Assembly: GCA_028717685.1 (NCBI GenBank)
Contig: JAQUNI010000002.1
Coordinates: forward strand, 7,903 to 71,902
Reading direction: 5' to 3'
DNA length: 64,000 nt
DNA from: Patescibacteria group bacterium
Lineage (GTDB): Bacteria > Patescibacteriota > JAQUNI01
In this document: positions 38,303 through 48,293 of the stretch, piece by piece
How positions within the stretch are numbered: the first letter of the stretch is position 1
Layout: each line of letters starts with the position of its first letter
Program-made: the position numbers and the translations under genes
Notes under the pieces: model-generated
Seen by the model: the letters and a program-made list of their open reading frames with translations, nothing else
Database searches by the model: none
What the model was told of the DNA's origin: nothing

Positions 38303-39718
38303 GTGGGTAATTATTTGTTCACACGCAGCCTTGTCGGCGCAGCGACAAATGTGGCGCAGACGGGCTGGGGACAAAGATTGTTTAGAAATTCGGTGACTAA
38401 CCGTTCTTTCCAGGCAATGTTCCAAAAGGGGTTACTACATTTTTTGCGCGGTGATGATCCCGCGCGCGCGCGGATGATGGCTGATGTCGCTTGTATCACG
38501 AGCGGACTGGTCACTGCGGTCTATAGCCAAAATAGACCCAATAGCGTTAAGAAGGCTTTTGCTTTAATGATCCGGAGTATGGCTACTGTTAGCCATCGGG
38601 ATCGGGTGCGGGCAGAATGTGGAGCGGGACCGAGCTTTTTTGTGCTGAATCCGACACAACAATGCAATTTGTCTTGCTATGGGTGTTATGACGCTTGCAG
38701 GCGAGAAGGTCCGAGTTTATCTCTGGATATGATGGACTATATTGTATCCGAGATGAAGGATTTCGGCATTCATTTTGTAGTGGTGAGCGGTGGCGAGCCA
38801 TTTATGAGCGAAGATTTTCTGAAGCTGGCGGAATTGCATCAAGACGTCGTTTTTATGCCCTATACGAATGGCACGAAGATTGACGGGGCGGTCATTTCAG
38901 AACTGGCGCGGCTAGGCAATATCAGCCCTGCTATTTCCCTAGAGGGGACAGAGGCATTTACAGACGGACGCCGCGGTAAAGGTCATTTTCAGAAAATGAT
39001 GGAGATGATCGCCGCATTGCGCAAAGCTGGAATCGTTTATGGCTTCTCGGCAACCTGCACGCGCAATAATGCAAAATATTTGGCTAGTAAAGAGTTTATG
39101 GAGTGGTGCATTGCGCAAGGCTATCTTTATGGGTGGCTCTTTCAATATATTCCTATTGGGAGAAATCCCGATATTGATTTGATGGCAACACCTGAACAGA
39201 GATTCGTCCTCGGTGCGCTTGTGCGCGAGATACGGGCAGAGCATTGGCCCATTTTTCTCGCTGATTTCTGGAACGATGGCCAACTGGTAGATGGGTGCAT
39301 TGCCGCGGGCCGTCGATATTTTCATATCAACGCCTTCGGCGAAATCAAACCTTGCGTGTTCGCCCAAGTAGCGATTAGGGATACTGTTCATTTAATTAAA
39401 GCAGGCGAGGGAATTCATCCATCTATTGCCGCAGCGATTTCGAAGGATCCTTTAATGGTCGCATTCCGGAAGAACCAAGAGATACTGCGTCAGGAAGGGC
39501 ATTCTGTATTTCGTCCCTGTTCGGTGATTGATCATCCGCAATTATTCCGAGCATTGTGCCGGAGTCCGCACGCCACGCCTTTGACGCCTGATCGGTGCCC
39601 CCCATCTATGTTAGAGGAAGATGGTGAAATCGCGCGAGGGCTTGATGCATACGCCGCGGCTTATGCGCAGTTGATTGACGAGAAGACAGATGCTTTAAGC
39701 CTTATGGTCGCCGCCTAG
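38303..39718 (+). CDS. Radical SAM enzyme with a C-terminal SPASM/twitch-like Cys cluster and a ~100-aa N-terminal extension (candidate peptide-modifying maturase)
   Basis: CNLSCYGC (CxxxCxxC) at aa ~113-120 with VVVSGGEPF downstream. C-terminal DGCIAAGRRYFHINAFGEIKPCVF...RPCSVIDHP. GTG start 9 nt after aggagg. Local GC is clearly above the window average. Confidence 0.75.
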   Translation: MGNYLFTRSLVGAATNVAQTGWGQRLFRNSVTNRSFQAMFQKGLLHFLRGDDPARARMMADVACITSGLVTAVYSQNRPNSVKKAFALMIRSMATVSHRDRVRAECGAGPSFFVLNPTQQCNLSCYGCYDACRREGPSLSLDMMDYIVSEMKDFGIHFVVVSGGEPFMSEDFLKLAELHQDVVFMPYTNGTKIDGAVISELARLGNISPAISLEGTEAFTDGRRGKGHFQKMMEMIAALRKAGIVYGFSATCTRNNAKYLASKEFMEWCIAQGYLYGWLFQYIPIGRNPDIDLMATPEQRFVLGALVREIRAEHWPIFLADFWNDGQLVDGCIAAGRRYFHINAFGEIKPCVFAQVAIRDTVHLIKAGEGIHPSIAAAISKDPLMVAFRKNQEILRQEGHSVFRPCSVIDHPQLFRALCRSPHATPLTPDRCPPSMLEEDGEIARGLDAYAAAYAQLIDEKTDALSLMVAA

Positions 39719-39814
39719 AAATCTCAACCTAGATTATTTTAAATGTAATGCTGTGATTTAATCTAGGTTTTTTAATTATAAAAAATCCCTGGCAGATTAT
39801 TCCAGAGATTTTTG

Positions 39815-39842
39815 CCCCATTAGAAATAAATTTCTAACGGGG
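39815..39842. terminator. Bidirectional terminator hairpin (ccccattagaaaTAAAtttctaacgggg) shared by the convergent rSAM and topA genes
   Basis: 12-bp stem. A related hairpin ccccgttagaaaattttttctaacgggg lies at 36285-36312. Confidence 0.5.
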
Positions 39843-42059
39843 TTTGCATTCTTTATTGCTGCAGACCGCGGCACTTTCCTTGCCAAAGACAAGCAGACTG
39901 CCACATTCGGGGCATTTTTTGCCAGTGGGTTTGTTCCAAAGGGCAAACTCGCATTTCGGGTATTGGTCGCAGGCATAGAAGGTTCTCCCCTTTTTACTTC
40001 TTTTTTCAATAATTTCACCTTTTTCGCATTTGGGGCAGGAAACGCCGGTTTTCTTTACAACGGATTTAATATTTTTGCACGCGGGGTAACCCGAACAAGC
40101 GAGGAAAGGTCCGAAGCGTCCTTGGCGCACCACCATTTCTTTGCCACACTTTTCGCATTTTCCGCCAGCAAGTTCCTTTGCTAAAATTTTCTCTTCGCCT
40201 AAGGGCTCGGTGTGTTTGCATTCCGGATAACCAGTGCAAGCTAAAAATTTTCCAAAACGTCCGAGTTTCACCACCATCGCCTTACCGCAGTCAGGGCATT
40301 TTTTGTCGGTTTTTTGCTCGGTGATTTCTTTTTTGGAGATTTCCATTTCTTTGGTCTTTAAATTTTTAATAAAGGGATCATAAACCTCCCGCACCACGGG
40401 CACCCATTCTTTTTTTTGATTCGCGATTTCGTCCAGTTCATCTTCAATCTGGGCAGTAAAATGAATATCCACAATTTTAGGGAAATGTTTTACTAGAAGG
40501 TCATTGACCACGATGCCGATTTCTTGGGGGTGAAATTTTTTTTCAATTTTTTTTACATAGCCGCGGTTCTGAATCGTGGAGATGATTGGCGCGTACGTGG
40601 AGGGGCGGCCAATGCCGTATTTTTCCAAGGCGCGGACAAGTGACGCTTCGTTGTAGCGCGCCGGCGGTTCGGTAAAGTGCTGTTCCGATGCCAAGCGGGA
40701 TAGGCTAAGAATTTCGTTGTCTTCCAGTTTGGGCAGGTAAGTTTCAGTGGCGGAGGCAGGATAGATTTTCAAGAAGCCATCAAACTTAATTACCGCCCCT
40801 GCAGCTCGAAACAAATAATTTTTTGCCTGAATATCCACGGTCGTACCGTCAATAACCGCTTCTTTTGTTTGACAGGCGATGGCGCGTTTCCAAATCAATT
40901 CATAGAGTTTATATTGGCGCGGGTCTAGATAGTCCTTGATCTTTTCTGGGGTGAGGCTCGGAATCGTGGGTCGGATCGCCTCGTGCGCTTCTTGGGCGGA
41001 TTTTGTTTTGGTTTTGTAAAAACAAGGTTTTTGAGGCAGATAAGACACCCCGAGCTTTTTTTCAATTACCTCACGGATTTCTTTTACCGCCTTTGCCGCC
41101 AGGTTGGTGGAATCCGTGCGCATATAGGTAATTAAGCCTGTCGCTTCTTTTTCGCCAATTTTAACTCCCTCATAAAGTGTTTGGGCGAGCCGCATAGTGA
41201 ACTTTGTTGAAAAGCCAAAATGTTGAGCCGCCGCTTGCTGGAGAGTGGAAGTGGTAAAAGGAGCGAACGGTTTTCTCCGGATTTCTTTTTTGGCGATATT
41301 CGCTACTTTATAGACGGCATTTTTTAAATCCTGCAGAATTTTATCCGCTTCCTTTTTGGTCTTGATACCTAATCTAGGGATAGTTGTTTCACCGTTTTGT
41401 ATTAATGTCGCTTTAAATTCCTGCCCGCTTTTATCTGAAGCTTGCTCTCCCGCGCGGGGATTCTTTTTCAGCAACGAAGCGATGATTGTCCAGTATTCTT
41501 GCGGCTTAAATTTTTTAACTTCTTCTTCCCGTTCGCAAACAAGGCGCACGGTTACGGATTGCACCCTACCCGCGGAAAGACCTCTTGCTACCTTGCGCCA
41601 TAAAAAAGGGGAAAGTTTGTAACCGACGAGGCGATCCAAGATCCGCCGCGCCTGTTGCGCGTCAACGAGAGCGAGGTTAATCTCGCGAGGTTTTTTCAGA
41701 GCGGAAAGAATCGCTTCTTTGGTAATTTCGTGAAAAGCGATTCTTTGGGTATTTTTTTCTTTTAATCCCAGAGCTTTTTTTAAGTGCCAAGCAATCGCTT
41801 CGCCTTCACGGTCTTCGTCAGTGGCAAGATACACCTTGTTTGCTCGGTCAGCGAGGTCTTTCAATTTTTTGACTATTTTTCTCGCGCGCGGCGCGATCAC
41901 ATATTCGGGTTCAAAATTTTTACGCGTATTCACACCAAGCTTCTTTTGGGGTAAATCGCGGATATGACCATACGAGGATTCTACTTTATATTCCGAACCC
42001 AAAAAACGCGAAATAGTGTTCGCTTTGGTAGGAGATTCAACGATGACGAGATTCCTCAT
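39834..42059 (-). CDS. topA: DNA topoisomerase I with multiple C-terminal zinc ribbons
   Basis: TOPRIM N-terminus (VIVESPTKANTISRFLG) and active-site region. Four C4 zinc-ribbon repeats (CPDCG...C..C). Confidence 0.92.
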   Translation of the reverse strand: MRNLVIVESPTKANTISRFLGSEYKVESSYGHIRDLPQKKLGVNTRKNFEPEYVIAPRARKIVKKLKDLADRANKVYLATDEDREGEAIAWHLKKALGLKEKNTQRIAFHEITKEAILSALKKPREINLALVDAQQARRILDRLVGYKLSPFLWRKVARGLSAGRVQSVTVRLVCEREEEVKKFKPQEYWTIIASLLKKNPRAGEQASDKSGQEFKATLIQNGETTIPRLGIKTKKEADKILQDLKNAVYKVANIAKKEIRRKPFAPFTTSTLQQAAAQHFGFSTKFTMRLAQTLYEGVKIGEKEATGLITYMRTDSTNLAAKAVKEIREVIEKKLGVSYLPQKPCFYKTKTKSAQEAHEAIRPTIPSLTPEKIKDYLDPRQYKLYELIWKRAIACQTKEAVIDGTTVDIQAKNYLFRAAGAVIKFDGFLKIYPASATETYLPKLEDNEILSLSRLASEQHFTEPPARYNEASLVRALEKYGIGRPSTYAPIISTIQNRGYVKKIEKKFHPQEIGIVVNDLLVKHFPKIVDIHFTAQIEDELDEIANQKKEWVPVVREVYDPFIKNLKTKEMEISKKEITEQKTDKKCPDCGKAMVVKLGRFGKFLACTGYPECKHTEPLGEEKILAKELAGGKCEKCGKEMVVRQGRFGPFLACSGYPACKNIKSVVKKTGVSCPKCEKGEIIEKRSKKGRTFYACDQYPKCEFALWNKPTGKKCPECGSLLVFGKESAAVCSNKECKPR

Positions 42060-42063
42060 ACAA

Positions 42064-42201
42064 TAATTTTTAATTTCTAATTTTCAATTTTTATTAAATT
42101 TCTAATGTTTTAATTTTTAAACTTCCTTATTGAAAAATGAGTGTTTGGAAATTGATCCATTGAAAATTTAATAGAAATTAGAAATTGAAAATTTGAAATT
42201 T
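42064..42201. repeat. MITE-like inverted-repeat element (ttctaattttcaattt family) between topA and dprA
   Basis: Arms 42064-42107 and 42162-42201 are reverse complements. Confidence 0.5.
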
Positions 42202-43294
42202 ATCTTGCTATCACATAATTCGCGCTTCCAATATTGCGAACAATACCTTTCATTTCTAGGATTGTCAATGTTGTGGATATCTTAGCCGGCGCGAGTTTTG
42301 TTTTTTTGGCTAATGCGTCAATGTAAATTGGCTCGCCAGAAAGATGTTGCAGCACTAAAGCTTCTTCGGGATTATCGGGGGTGATTTTTTGGTTTCTTGG
42401 GATTTCCTGCAAGACACTTAAATTCAATTCTTCTAAAATATCTTGGATATTAGTTACGAGTTTAGCGCCTATTTTAATCAAATAATTAGTCCCGCGCGAA
42501 CAAGGATTATAAATGGAGCCGGGCACGGCGAAGACTTCGCGATTTTGTTCTAAAGCGGCGCGCGCGGTAATCAAAGTGCCGCTTTTTTCACCCGCTTCAA
42601 TAATCAGAGCTCCCTTGGAGAGACCAGAAATAATGCGATTGCGCTGCGGAAAATTTTGTTTTAATGGGCGGGTAGCAGGCGGGTATTCGGAGACCAGAGC
42701 GCCGCCTCTTCGGATAATATTTTGGGCAAGCTGCCAATTCGCCCGCGGATAAATTGAAGGATCGTCCACGCCTCCGCCCAAAACCGCGATGGTGTAGCCG
42801 CCAAAATTCAAACAAGCTTGATGGCTAAGGGCGTCAATGCCTAAAGCCAATCCGGAGACGATGGTGATTTGGGCTTGGACAAGCAGACCTACAAGTTGAA
42901 ATGCTACTTCTCGGCCATAAGATGTGGGTTTGCGCGTGCCGACTACGCTTAAAGAGGTATCGTTCGGATTTGTAATTTGACCGCGCAGATACAAGATTGC
43001 CGGCGGGTCATAAGTTTCTTTGAGGAGAGGGGGATAATCTTTATCTTGAATGGTGATGGCTTGAATCCCCTGCGCTGTTAATTTCTGCCATTCCGTTTCA
43101 GGATTGACACGCTGGCGTTCCGCGCAGATTCTTTCGCTTACTTCTTCCGAAATGCCGCTTTTGATGATTTCCGTGCAGGGCGCGAACCAGGCTTTTTCTA
43201 AATCCGAAAAATAAGCAATAAGCTTTTTAAACTTTAATGGTCCGATGTTGGGAATCAAATTGAAGGCGTGATAATATTTAGCGTCACTGGGCAT
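42200..43294 (-). CDS. dprA: DNA processing protein DprA (Smf)
   Basis: Rossmann-like DprA core (SVVGTRKPTSYGREVAF...IVSGLALGIDALSHQACL...GALVSEYPP). Confidence 0.85.
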   Translation of the reverse strand: MPSDAKYYHAFNLIPNIGPLKFKKLIAYFSDLEKAWFAPCTEIIKSGISEEVSERICAERQRVNPETEWQKLTAQGIQAITIQDKDYPPLLKETYDPPAILYLRGQITNPNDTSLSVVGTRKPTSYGREVAFQLVGLLVQAQITIVSGLALGIDALSHQACLNFGGYTIAVLGGGVDDPSIYPRANWQLAQNIIRRGGALVSEYPPATRPLKQNFPQRNRIISGLSKGALIIEAGEKSGTLITARAALEQNREVFAVPGSIYNPCSRGTNYLIKIGAKLVTNIQDILEELNLSVLQEIPRNQKITPDNPEEALVLQHLSGEPIYIDALAKKTKLAPAKISTTLTILEMKGIVRNIGSANYVIAR

Positions 43295-43335
43295 TTTTAT
43301 GTTTTGTAGAGACGTTGCATTGCAACGTCTCTACT

Positions 43336-43680
43336 TCATTTCAATTTATTTAGTCCCTCAAAATGTATTTCATTGTCCTGAAATACCGCGGTGACTTTAT
43401 ATTTCCCTTTGGTGCAAACCTCGCCATTTTTTAAAAAATGGGTGGCTTCCAAAATAATAATACTGGCTTTAGGGCGGGAAAGAATCTCATTGCCCTTGGT
43501 TTCCATAAGCGGGATTTCACCAAAAAGCCAATAATTTCTTTGACCTTTTTTAAGAAAGGAATAGATTTTTTTTATCTGAAGATTTGGAGGGATGCATTCT
43601 TCGCGTTTGCGGTTGCCCTTTTTGTATTCAGAAATATTCCTTAAAGCAAGGTCGGGATTAAATTCAACTTGGATGCCCAT
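43336..43680 (-). CDS. Hypothetical protein (114 aa), upstream of and co-oriented with dprA
   Basis: ORF only. No recognised motif. Confidence 0.4.
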   Translation of the reverse strand: MGIQVEFNPDLALRNISEYKKGNRKREECIPPNLQIKKIYSFLKKGQRNYWLFGEIPLMETKGNEILSRPKASIIILEATHFLKNGEVCTKGKYKVTAVFQDNEIHFEGLNKLK

Positions 43681-44021
43681 AGAAATAAATTAAAAATTTA
43701 AAATTAAAAGTGAAAAATTTGAGAGAATTTTATTAGATTTTTCAATATCCCATCCGCTCGGTGGGGTATTTTATTTAAGCCAAAATAATCCTAAAATAAG
43801 TTTTGCCAATATTGACATAATATTTAATATATTGTATCATAAAATTCCTTCGTGAAATTCGTATTAAATATTTTCCCTCGGTAATTCATTCCGGTTAATG
43901 ATTCCCAGCACCTTAAAAAATCAATCAGCCTATCCGCGCCTATTGTAGGGTAAAGTTTTAGTTTCTACAGTTTGTACTTACTTAATCACAGCAACTAAAT
44001 AATCAAAAAAGGAGTCACGGC

Positions 44022-44513
44022 ATGAAAGAACAAAATGTTTTTCTTTTGGAGATTAATCAACCAAAAACTACTGTTCAAAAATTCTTAAAGGATCATTATG
44101 GTGGAAGACAAAGTCTCCTTGGCTGGGTGCAACCCAAAATCAGAGAGGAGTGGGATTTATCAATAGGTAGTGAAGAAAAAAAGCAAATAAAGGTTAAATT
44201 GATCGAGTTTCCAGGAGAGGTCTCTTTCGAAGAAATTCTACAAGAGCTTCAACATCAGAACCTCAATCAGCCTACAATAGAACAGTCTTTTGATTGCACT
44301 ATTCGTTTGGCTCAATCTTACCCGGAAGAAGTAGAAGAAAAAGCTATAGTCTTCCCACATAAACCTTGGAAATCAAAAACTAAGTCTCAGTTTGTTACTT
44401 CCGAAGGGCTGCTTGTTCTTTGTAATCTAGCAGGAGGACCAAGCCTTGCTCTTCAATGGCACGATAAATGGCCCTCCAAATATAGATATGCGGGTATCCT
44501 GCCTCCTAATTAG
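44022..44513 (+). CDS. Hypothetical protein (163 aa)
   Basis: RBS aaaaaggag 7 nt upstream of the ATG. No recognised motif. Confidence 0.5.
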   Translation: MKEQNVFLLEINQPKTTVQKFLKDHYGGRQSLLGWVQPKIREEWDLSIGSEEKKQIKVKLIEFPGEVSFEEILQELQHQNLNQPTIEQSFDCTIRLAQSYPEEVEEKAIVFPHKPWKSKTKSQFVTSEGLLVLCNLAGGPSLALQWHDKWPSKYRYAGILPPN

Positions 44514-44539
44514 CAAAACTAACTTATGCAAAGTTGTAC

Positions 44540-47500
44540 TTAACTAAAGTGCAACTTTTTTAATATTTTCAAACTCTCTTTTAATTCTTTTACCCACTCT
44601 TTACCTAAATCCTCAAAATCAATCTTCACTTTGTTTTCGCCAATGATCCAACGGGGATTATGTTTTAAAAGTTCGCCTATTTTGTCCCAGTCCATTTCTT
44701 CGGCAAAGTCTAAGATGATGCGTTGTCTTGGGCGGCCATCAATTCCCCAAACCTTGATTGTATCAATAGCTTTTATTCTCGCTGTCCGGGCGAGGATTTT
44801 TATTCCCAGAATCTGGAAGAGATTTTTCACTTCTTCGGGCAAGGGACCATACGCTTTTTCCATTTTATTTTTAAGAAGCGTTAGGTCGGCAAAAGCATTA
44901 ATGCCGCTTAGTTGGTGGTAGTAGGAAAGCCGTTTTTTCTCGGCAGGAATGAAGCGTTGCGGCAAGCGCGCCGGAAGAGGTAGGTCAATAGAGACTTCCA
45001 GAATGGGTTCAGGAACCTTGCCGGTCTTGAATTCTTGGATTGCTTGGCTAAGAAGCTTGGTGTATAAATACAACCCGATAGAATTGACATTGCCTGATTG
45101 CTCACGACCCAAGATATTGCCCGACCCTCGGATTTCCAGATCGCGCATCGCGATATTGAATCCTGAGCCGAGTTCCTGCATGGAAAGGAGAGCCTCTAAT
45201 CTTTTGCTCGCGGCTGCTGGAAGCTTTTCTTGGTGATAGAAAAAATAGGCGTAAGCTTGGCGTGTTCCTCGGCCAATGCGGCCGCGGATTTGATAGAGCT
45301 GGGAGAGGCCGAATTGCGGCGCGTTATCCACAATGAGCGTATTCACGTTCGGGAGGTCCAATCCGTTTTCAATAATGGTGGTGGCGATCAGAATCTGGAT
45401 TTTTCCTTCATCAAATTGTTGCATTACGCGGGTTAAATCGCGTTCGTTCATCTGACCGTGGGCGACGTCAATTTTGGCTTCGGGAATAAGTTTCTGAATT
45501 TTTTTCGCGAAAGGCAGAATTGTTTCCACTTTATTATAAAGATAATACACTTGTCCTTCTCTTTCAAGTTCGCGGCGAATCGCTTTTTGGATGAGTTTGT
45601 TTTTAGCAAGATGCACATAGGTCTTGATTGCTTTGCGGCCGGCGGGCGCGGTTTGAATGCTGCTGATATCGCGGAGGCCGGAAAGAGTAAAGTTCAGGGT
45701 GCGTGGGATAGGCGTCGCGGAAAGAGTAAGAATATCAAGGTTAGGCCGCAGCGATTTTAATTTTTCCTTGTGGCGCACGCCAAAACGTTGTTCCTCGTCA
45801 ATAATGATCAAGCCCAGGTTAAAAAAATAAACATCAGGGGAGAGGAGACGATGGGTGCCGATAACAATGTCTATTTTTCCTCGTTTTAAATCTTTTAAGG
45901 TTTGTTTTTGACGCTTTTTAGATTGGAAGCGCGACAGGAGACCAATCCTCACATCTAATGATCGCAGCCTTTTTTTAAAAGTATCAAAGTGCTGCTGGGC
46001 GAGAATGGTGGTAGGCGCGAGGAGCGCGATCTGCTTTTTGTTTTCACACGCCTTAAAGGCGGCGCGAATGGCGACTTCGGTTTTGCCGAAACCCACATCG
46101 CCGCAAATTAAACGGTCCATTGGAAGAGCACTTTCCATATCAGTCTTTACATCGCGAATTGCTTTCTCCTGATCTTGTGTCTCGGAGTAGGGGAAGGACG
46201 CTTCCAGCGCGTTTTGGCGGGGAGTGTCAGGCATAAAAATAAACCCTTTTTCAGTTTGGCGCGCTGCTTGAATTTTTAAAAGTTCCGCGGCCATTTTTTT
46301 AGCGTCAACCTGAACTTGTTTTTTGATTTGGTGCCAAATGCCGCCATGTAAGCGGTGGATGACGGGATTTTCCCGCCCGATATAGCGCGTGATTTTATCC
46401 GCCTGATCAATAGGCAGGAAAAGCTTATCGCTATAAGCGTATTCTAAACAAAAATATTCTCTCACGAGATGGTCAATCTCTTTTTGGACCATTCCGACAA
46501 ATTTGCCGATGCCGTGGTCAATATGCACGATATACATTCCGGGCGTGAGGGCGTTCAGAGGTTCAATATCCATTTGAAAACGGCGCTCGCGGCGCCTTTG
46601 TCTTCGGAAACCGAAGATTTCCGTGTCCGTGAAGACAATAATTTTTTCTTTTTTATTTTGGAAACCAGCGGAAAGCGAAAAGGGGGTTATTACTGCGGAG
46701 ACAGGTTCAAAACTTGTCTCCATAAGAGGCAATTTTTGGCTTGCGATAAAGACTTGATAATTTTTTTTCCTGAATTGCTGGAGAGCGCTGTTTAATGTTT
46801 GAAGATTACCCAAAGCTAGGGGAGGATTCTGAAAACTGAATCGGACTACATTTTCCGGCTCTGCACAAGGGAAGGATTCAAAAACAATCAAAGGAAATTT
46901 TTTCAGCCTTTTTTTCAATTCGGGTTCGGGTTCGTCCAGAATGATGGTAGTTTGGGAAGGAAGCCAGTCTAAAAGAGTGCCTTGGGGATTTTTGATAGTT
47001 AAGGGGGGAATTGTTATATTGTTATATTGTTGTATTGCCTGACCTTGGTTAATTGCTTTCAAGCTTTCTATTTGATTGCCAAATAATTCTAGGCGGACAG
47101 GGTGCGGTTGAAAGGGAGGAAAGATATCCATAATTCCACCCCGCACAGCAAAGGTGCCTGGAGAATGAGCGGCTTTTTCTTTTTGATAATGGGCGGATAA
47201 AAGAAAACCGATTAGTTTGGGCAAGTTGAGAGTCTGCCCTTCCGAGAGCCGCAAGCTTTTGGATTCTAATTCTTTTGGCGAGGGAAATTTTTGAGCGAGA
47301 ATTTCCGTTTGCGCTAAAACCAATATTGGTTCGTTATCCTTAAGGCGGGAGAAGATTGGATAATTTTTTATTAAAACATCAGCGTTTGATTCCAGAATTG
47401 CGGAGACAGGTTTAAAGCCTGTCTCTACTGCATTCAGATTTTTTTGCCAAAATTGGATTTGGGTAAGCCAGATTTTCGGATTTTTAGCGCATAGCAAAGA

Positions 47501-47602
47501 AGCCCCTTTTCGCATAAGGGGGGAGGTAGCCAAGACATAAGGCTTAGCCGTTTGCGGCACGCCAGTCCAATATTGAATTTTGGTCAGCGGTTCTGTTGAC
47601 AA
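44540..47602 (-). CDS. mfd: Transcription-repair coupling factor Mfd
   Basis: Superfamily 2 helicase motifs GDVGFGKTEVA, DEEQRFGV, TATPIPRTL, QLYQIRGRIGR. N-terminal UvrB-homology and C-terminal TRCF domains. Confidence 0.9.
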   Translation of the reverse strand: MSTEPLTKIQYWTGVPQTAKPYVLATSPLMRKGASLLCAKNPKIWLTQIQFWQKNLNAVETGFKPVSAILESNADVLIKNYPIFSRLKDNEPILVLAQTEILAQKFPSPKELESKSLRLSEGQTLNLPKLIGFLLSAHYQKEKAAHSPGTFAVRGGIMDIFPPFQPHPVRLELFGNQIESLKAINQGQAIQQYNNITIPPLTIKNPQGTLLDWLPSQTTIILDEPEPELKKRLKKFPLIVFESFPCAEPENVVRFSFQNPPLALGNLQTLNSALQQFRKKNYQVFIASQKLPLMETSFEPVSAVITPFSLSAGFQNKKEKIIVFTDTEIFGFRRQRRRERRFQMDIEPLNALTPGMYIVHIDHGIGKFVGMVQKEIDHLVREYFCLEYAYSDKLFLPIDQADKITRYIGRENPVIHRLHGGIWHQIKKQVQVDAKKMAAELLKIQAARQTEKGFIFMPDTPRQNALEASFPYSETQDQEKAIRDVKTDMESALPMDRLICGDVGFGKTEVAIRAAFKACENKKQIALLAPTTILAQQHFDTFKKRLRSLDVRIGLLSRFQSKKRQKQTLKDLKRGKIDIVIGTHRLLSPDVYFFNLGLIIIDEEQRFGVRHKEKLKSLRPNLDILTLSATPIPRTLNFTLSGLRDISSIQTAPAGRKAIKTYVHLAKNKLIQKAIRRELEREGQVYYLYNKVETILPFAKKIQKLIPEAKIDVAHGQMNERDLTRVMQQFDEGKIQILIATTIIENGLDLPNVNTLIVDNAPQFGLSQLYQIRGRIGRGTRQAYAYFFYHQEKLPAAASKRLEALLSMQELGSGFNIAMRDLEIRGSGNILGREQSGNVNSIGLYLYTKLLSQAIQEFKTGKVPEPILEVSIDLPLPARLPQRFIPAEKKRLSYYHQLSGINAFADLTLLKNKMEKAYGPLPEEVKNLFQILGIKILARTARIKAIDTIKVWGIDGRPRQRIILDFAEEMDWDKIGELLKHNPRWIIGENKVKIDFEDLGKEWVKELKESLKILKKLHFS

Positions 47603-47936
47603 GGGGATAGCGATATGATAAATTTTACTGTTTTACCGCGGTTGCATTGTCTCATTGTTTCTTTATTCCATTGAAGTGGAAATTTATCAATGAAGCAATG
47701 AAACCATGAAACAATATTCTTCTTCGCTACCCCATTTGCAAGTGGCGAAAGTAGGAGCCAATCCCTCCTTAGGTCTTCTACAAGTAGCTGTTAACTTAAG
47801 GTCCAAAACCTTTATGGTTTTTGCGGCTCTAGACTTGCAAGTGGGATAAGGGAGAAGAAAGATGCGGTGTATTTTGAATTTGAAATGGTGTAAAATAAAA
47901 GCATTCAATCATCAATTGTTCTTTGGAAGGAGGTGT

Positions 47937-48293
47937 ACAATGCCTAATAATGCCAGAAGGAAGAGGAAAAATAGATATTTGGGTTTGGGTAATTCATTAA
48001 AAAAGAAGTATACCAAGCCGTCACATTCAGATGGAACCAAAGGTTCCGGAAAGAAGGATGAAATTTATTCTCTTTATATTACGGATGTTGCTTATAGGGG
48101 TGATATCTATTCTGTAGCCGTGTTGATCCAGAATATTACCGGATGGACAGGGACGAAGGCGGAGGATTGCTCTTCAAATGCATATAGAGGTATTTCTAAT
48201 TTTATTGCCTCAAGCGGAGATGAAAAAAAAGTAGAGGATTGGAAAAGGCAACTAGAGAATGCTGGAGCCACAGTAAGCATTAAAACGTCATAA
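47937..48293 (+). CDS. Small basic protein with a ribosomal L7/L12 C-terminal-domain-like (ClpS-like fold) region
   Basis: Strong RBS ggaaggaggtg before the ATG at 47937. C-terminus SSGDEKKVEDWKRQLENAGATVSIK resembles the L7/L12 CTD (DAEALKKALEEAGAEVEVK). Confidence 0.5.
   Translation, partial: TMPNNARRKRKNRYLGLGNSLKKKYTKPSHSDGTKGSGKKDEIYSLYITDVAYRGDIYSVAVLIQNITGWTGTKAEDCSSNAYRGISNFIASSGDEKKVEDWKRQLENAGATVSIKTS

Noticed and set aside
38183-38425. 80-aa minus-strand ORF overlapping the rSAM start
   Set aside because: It is antisense to the SD and start of the radical SAM gene and has no RBS. It is likely spurious.
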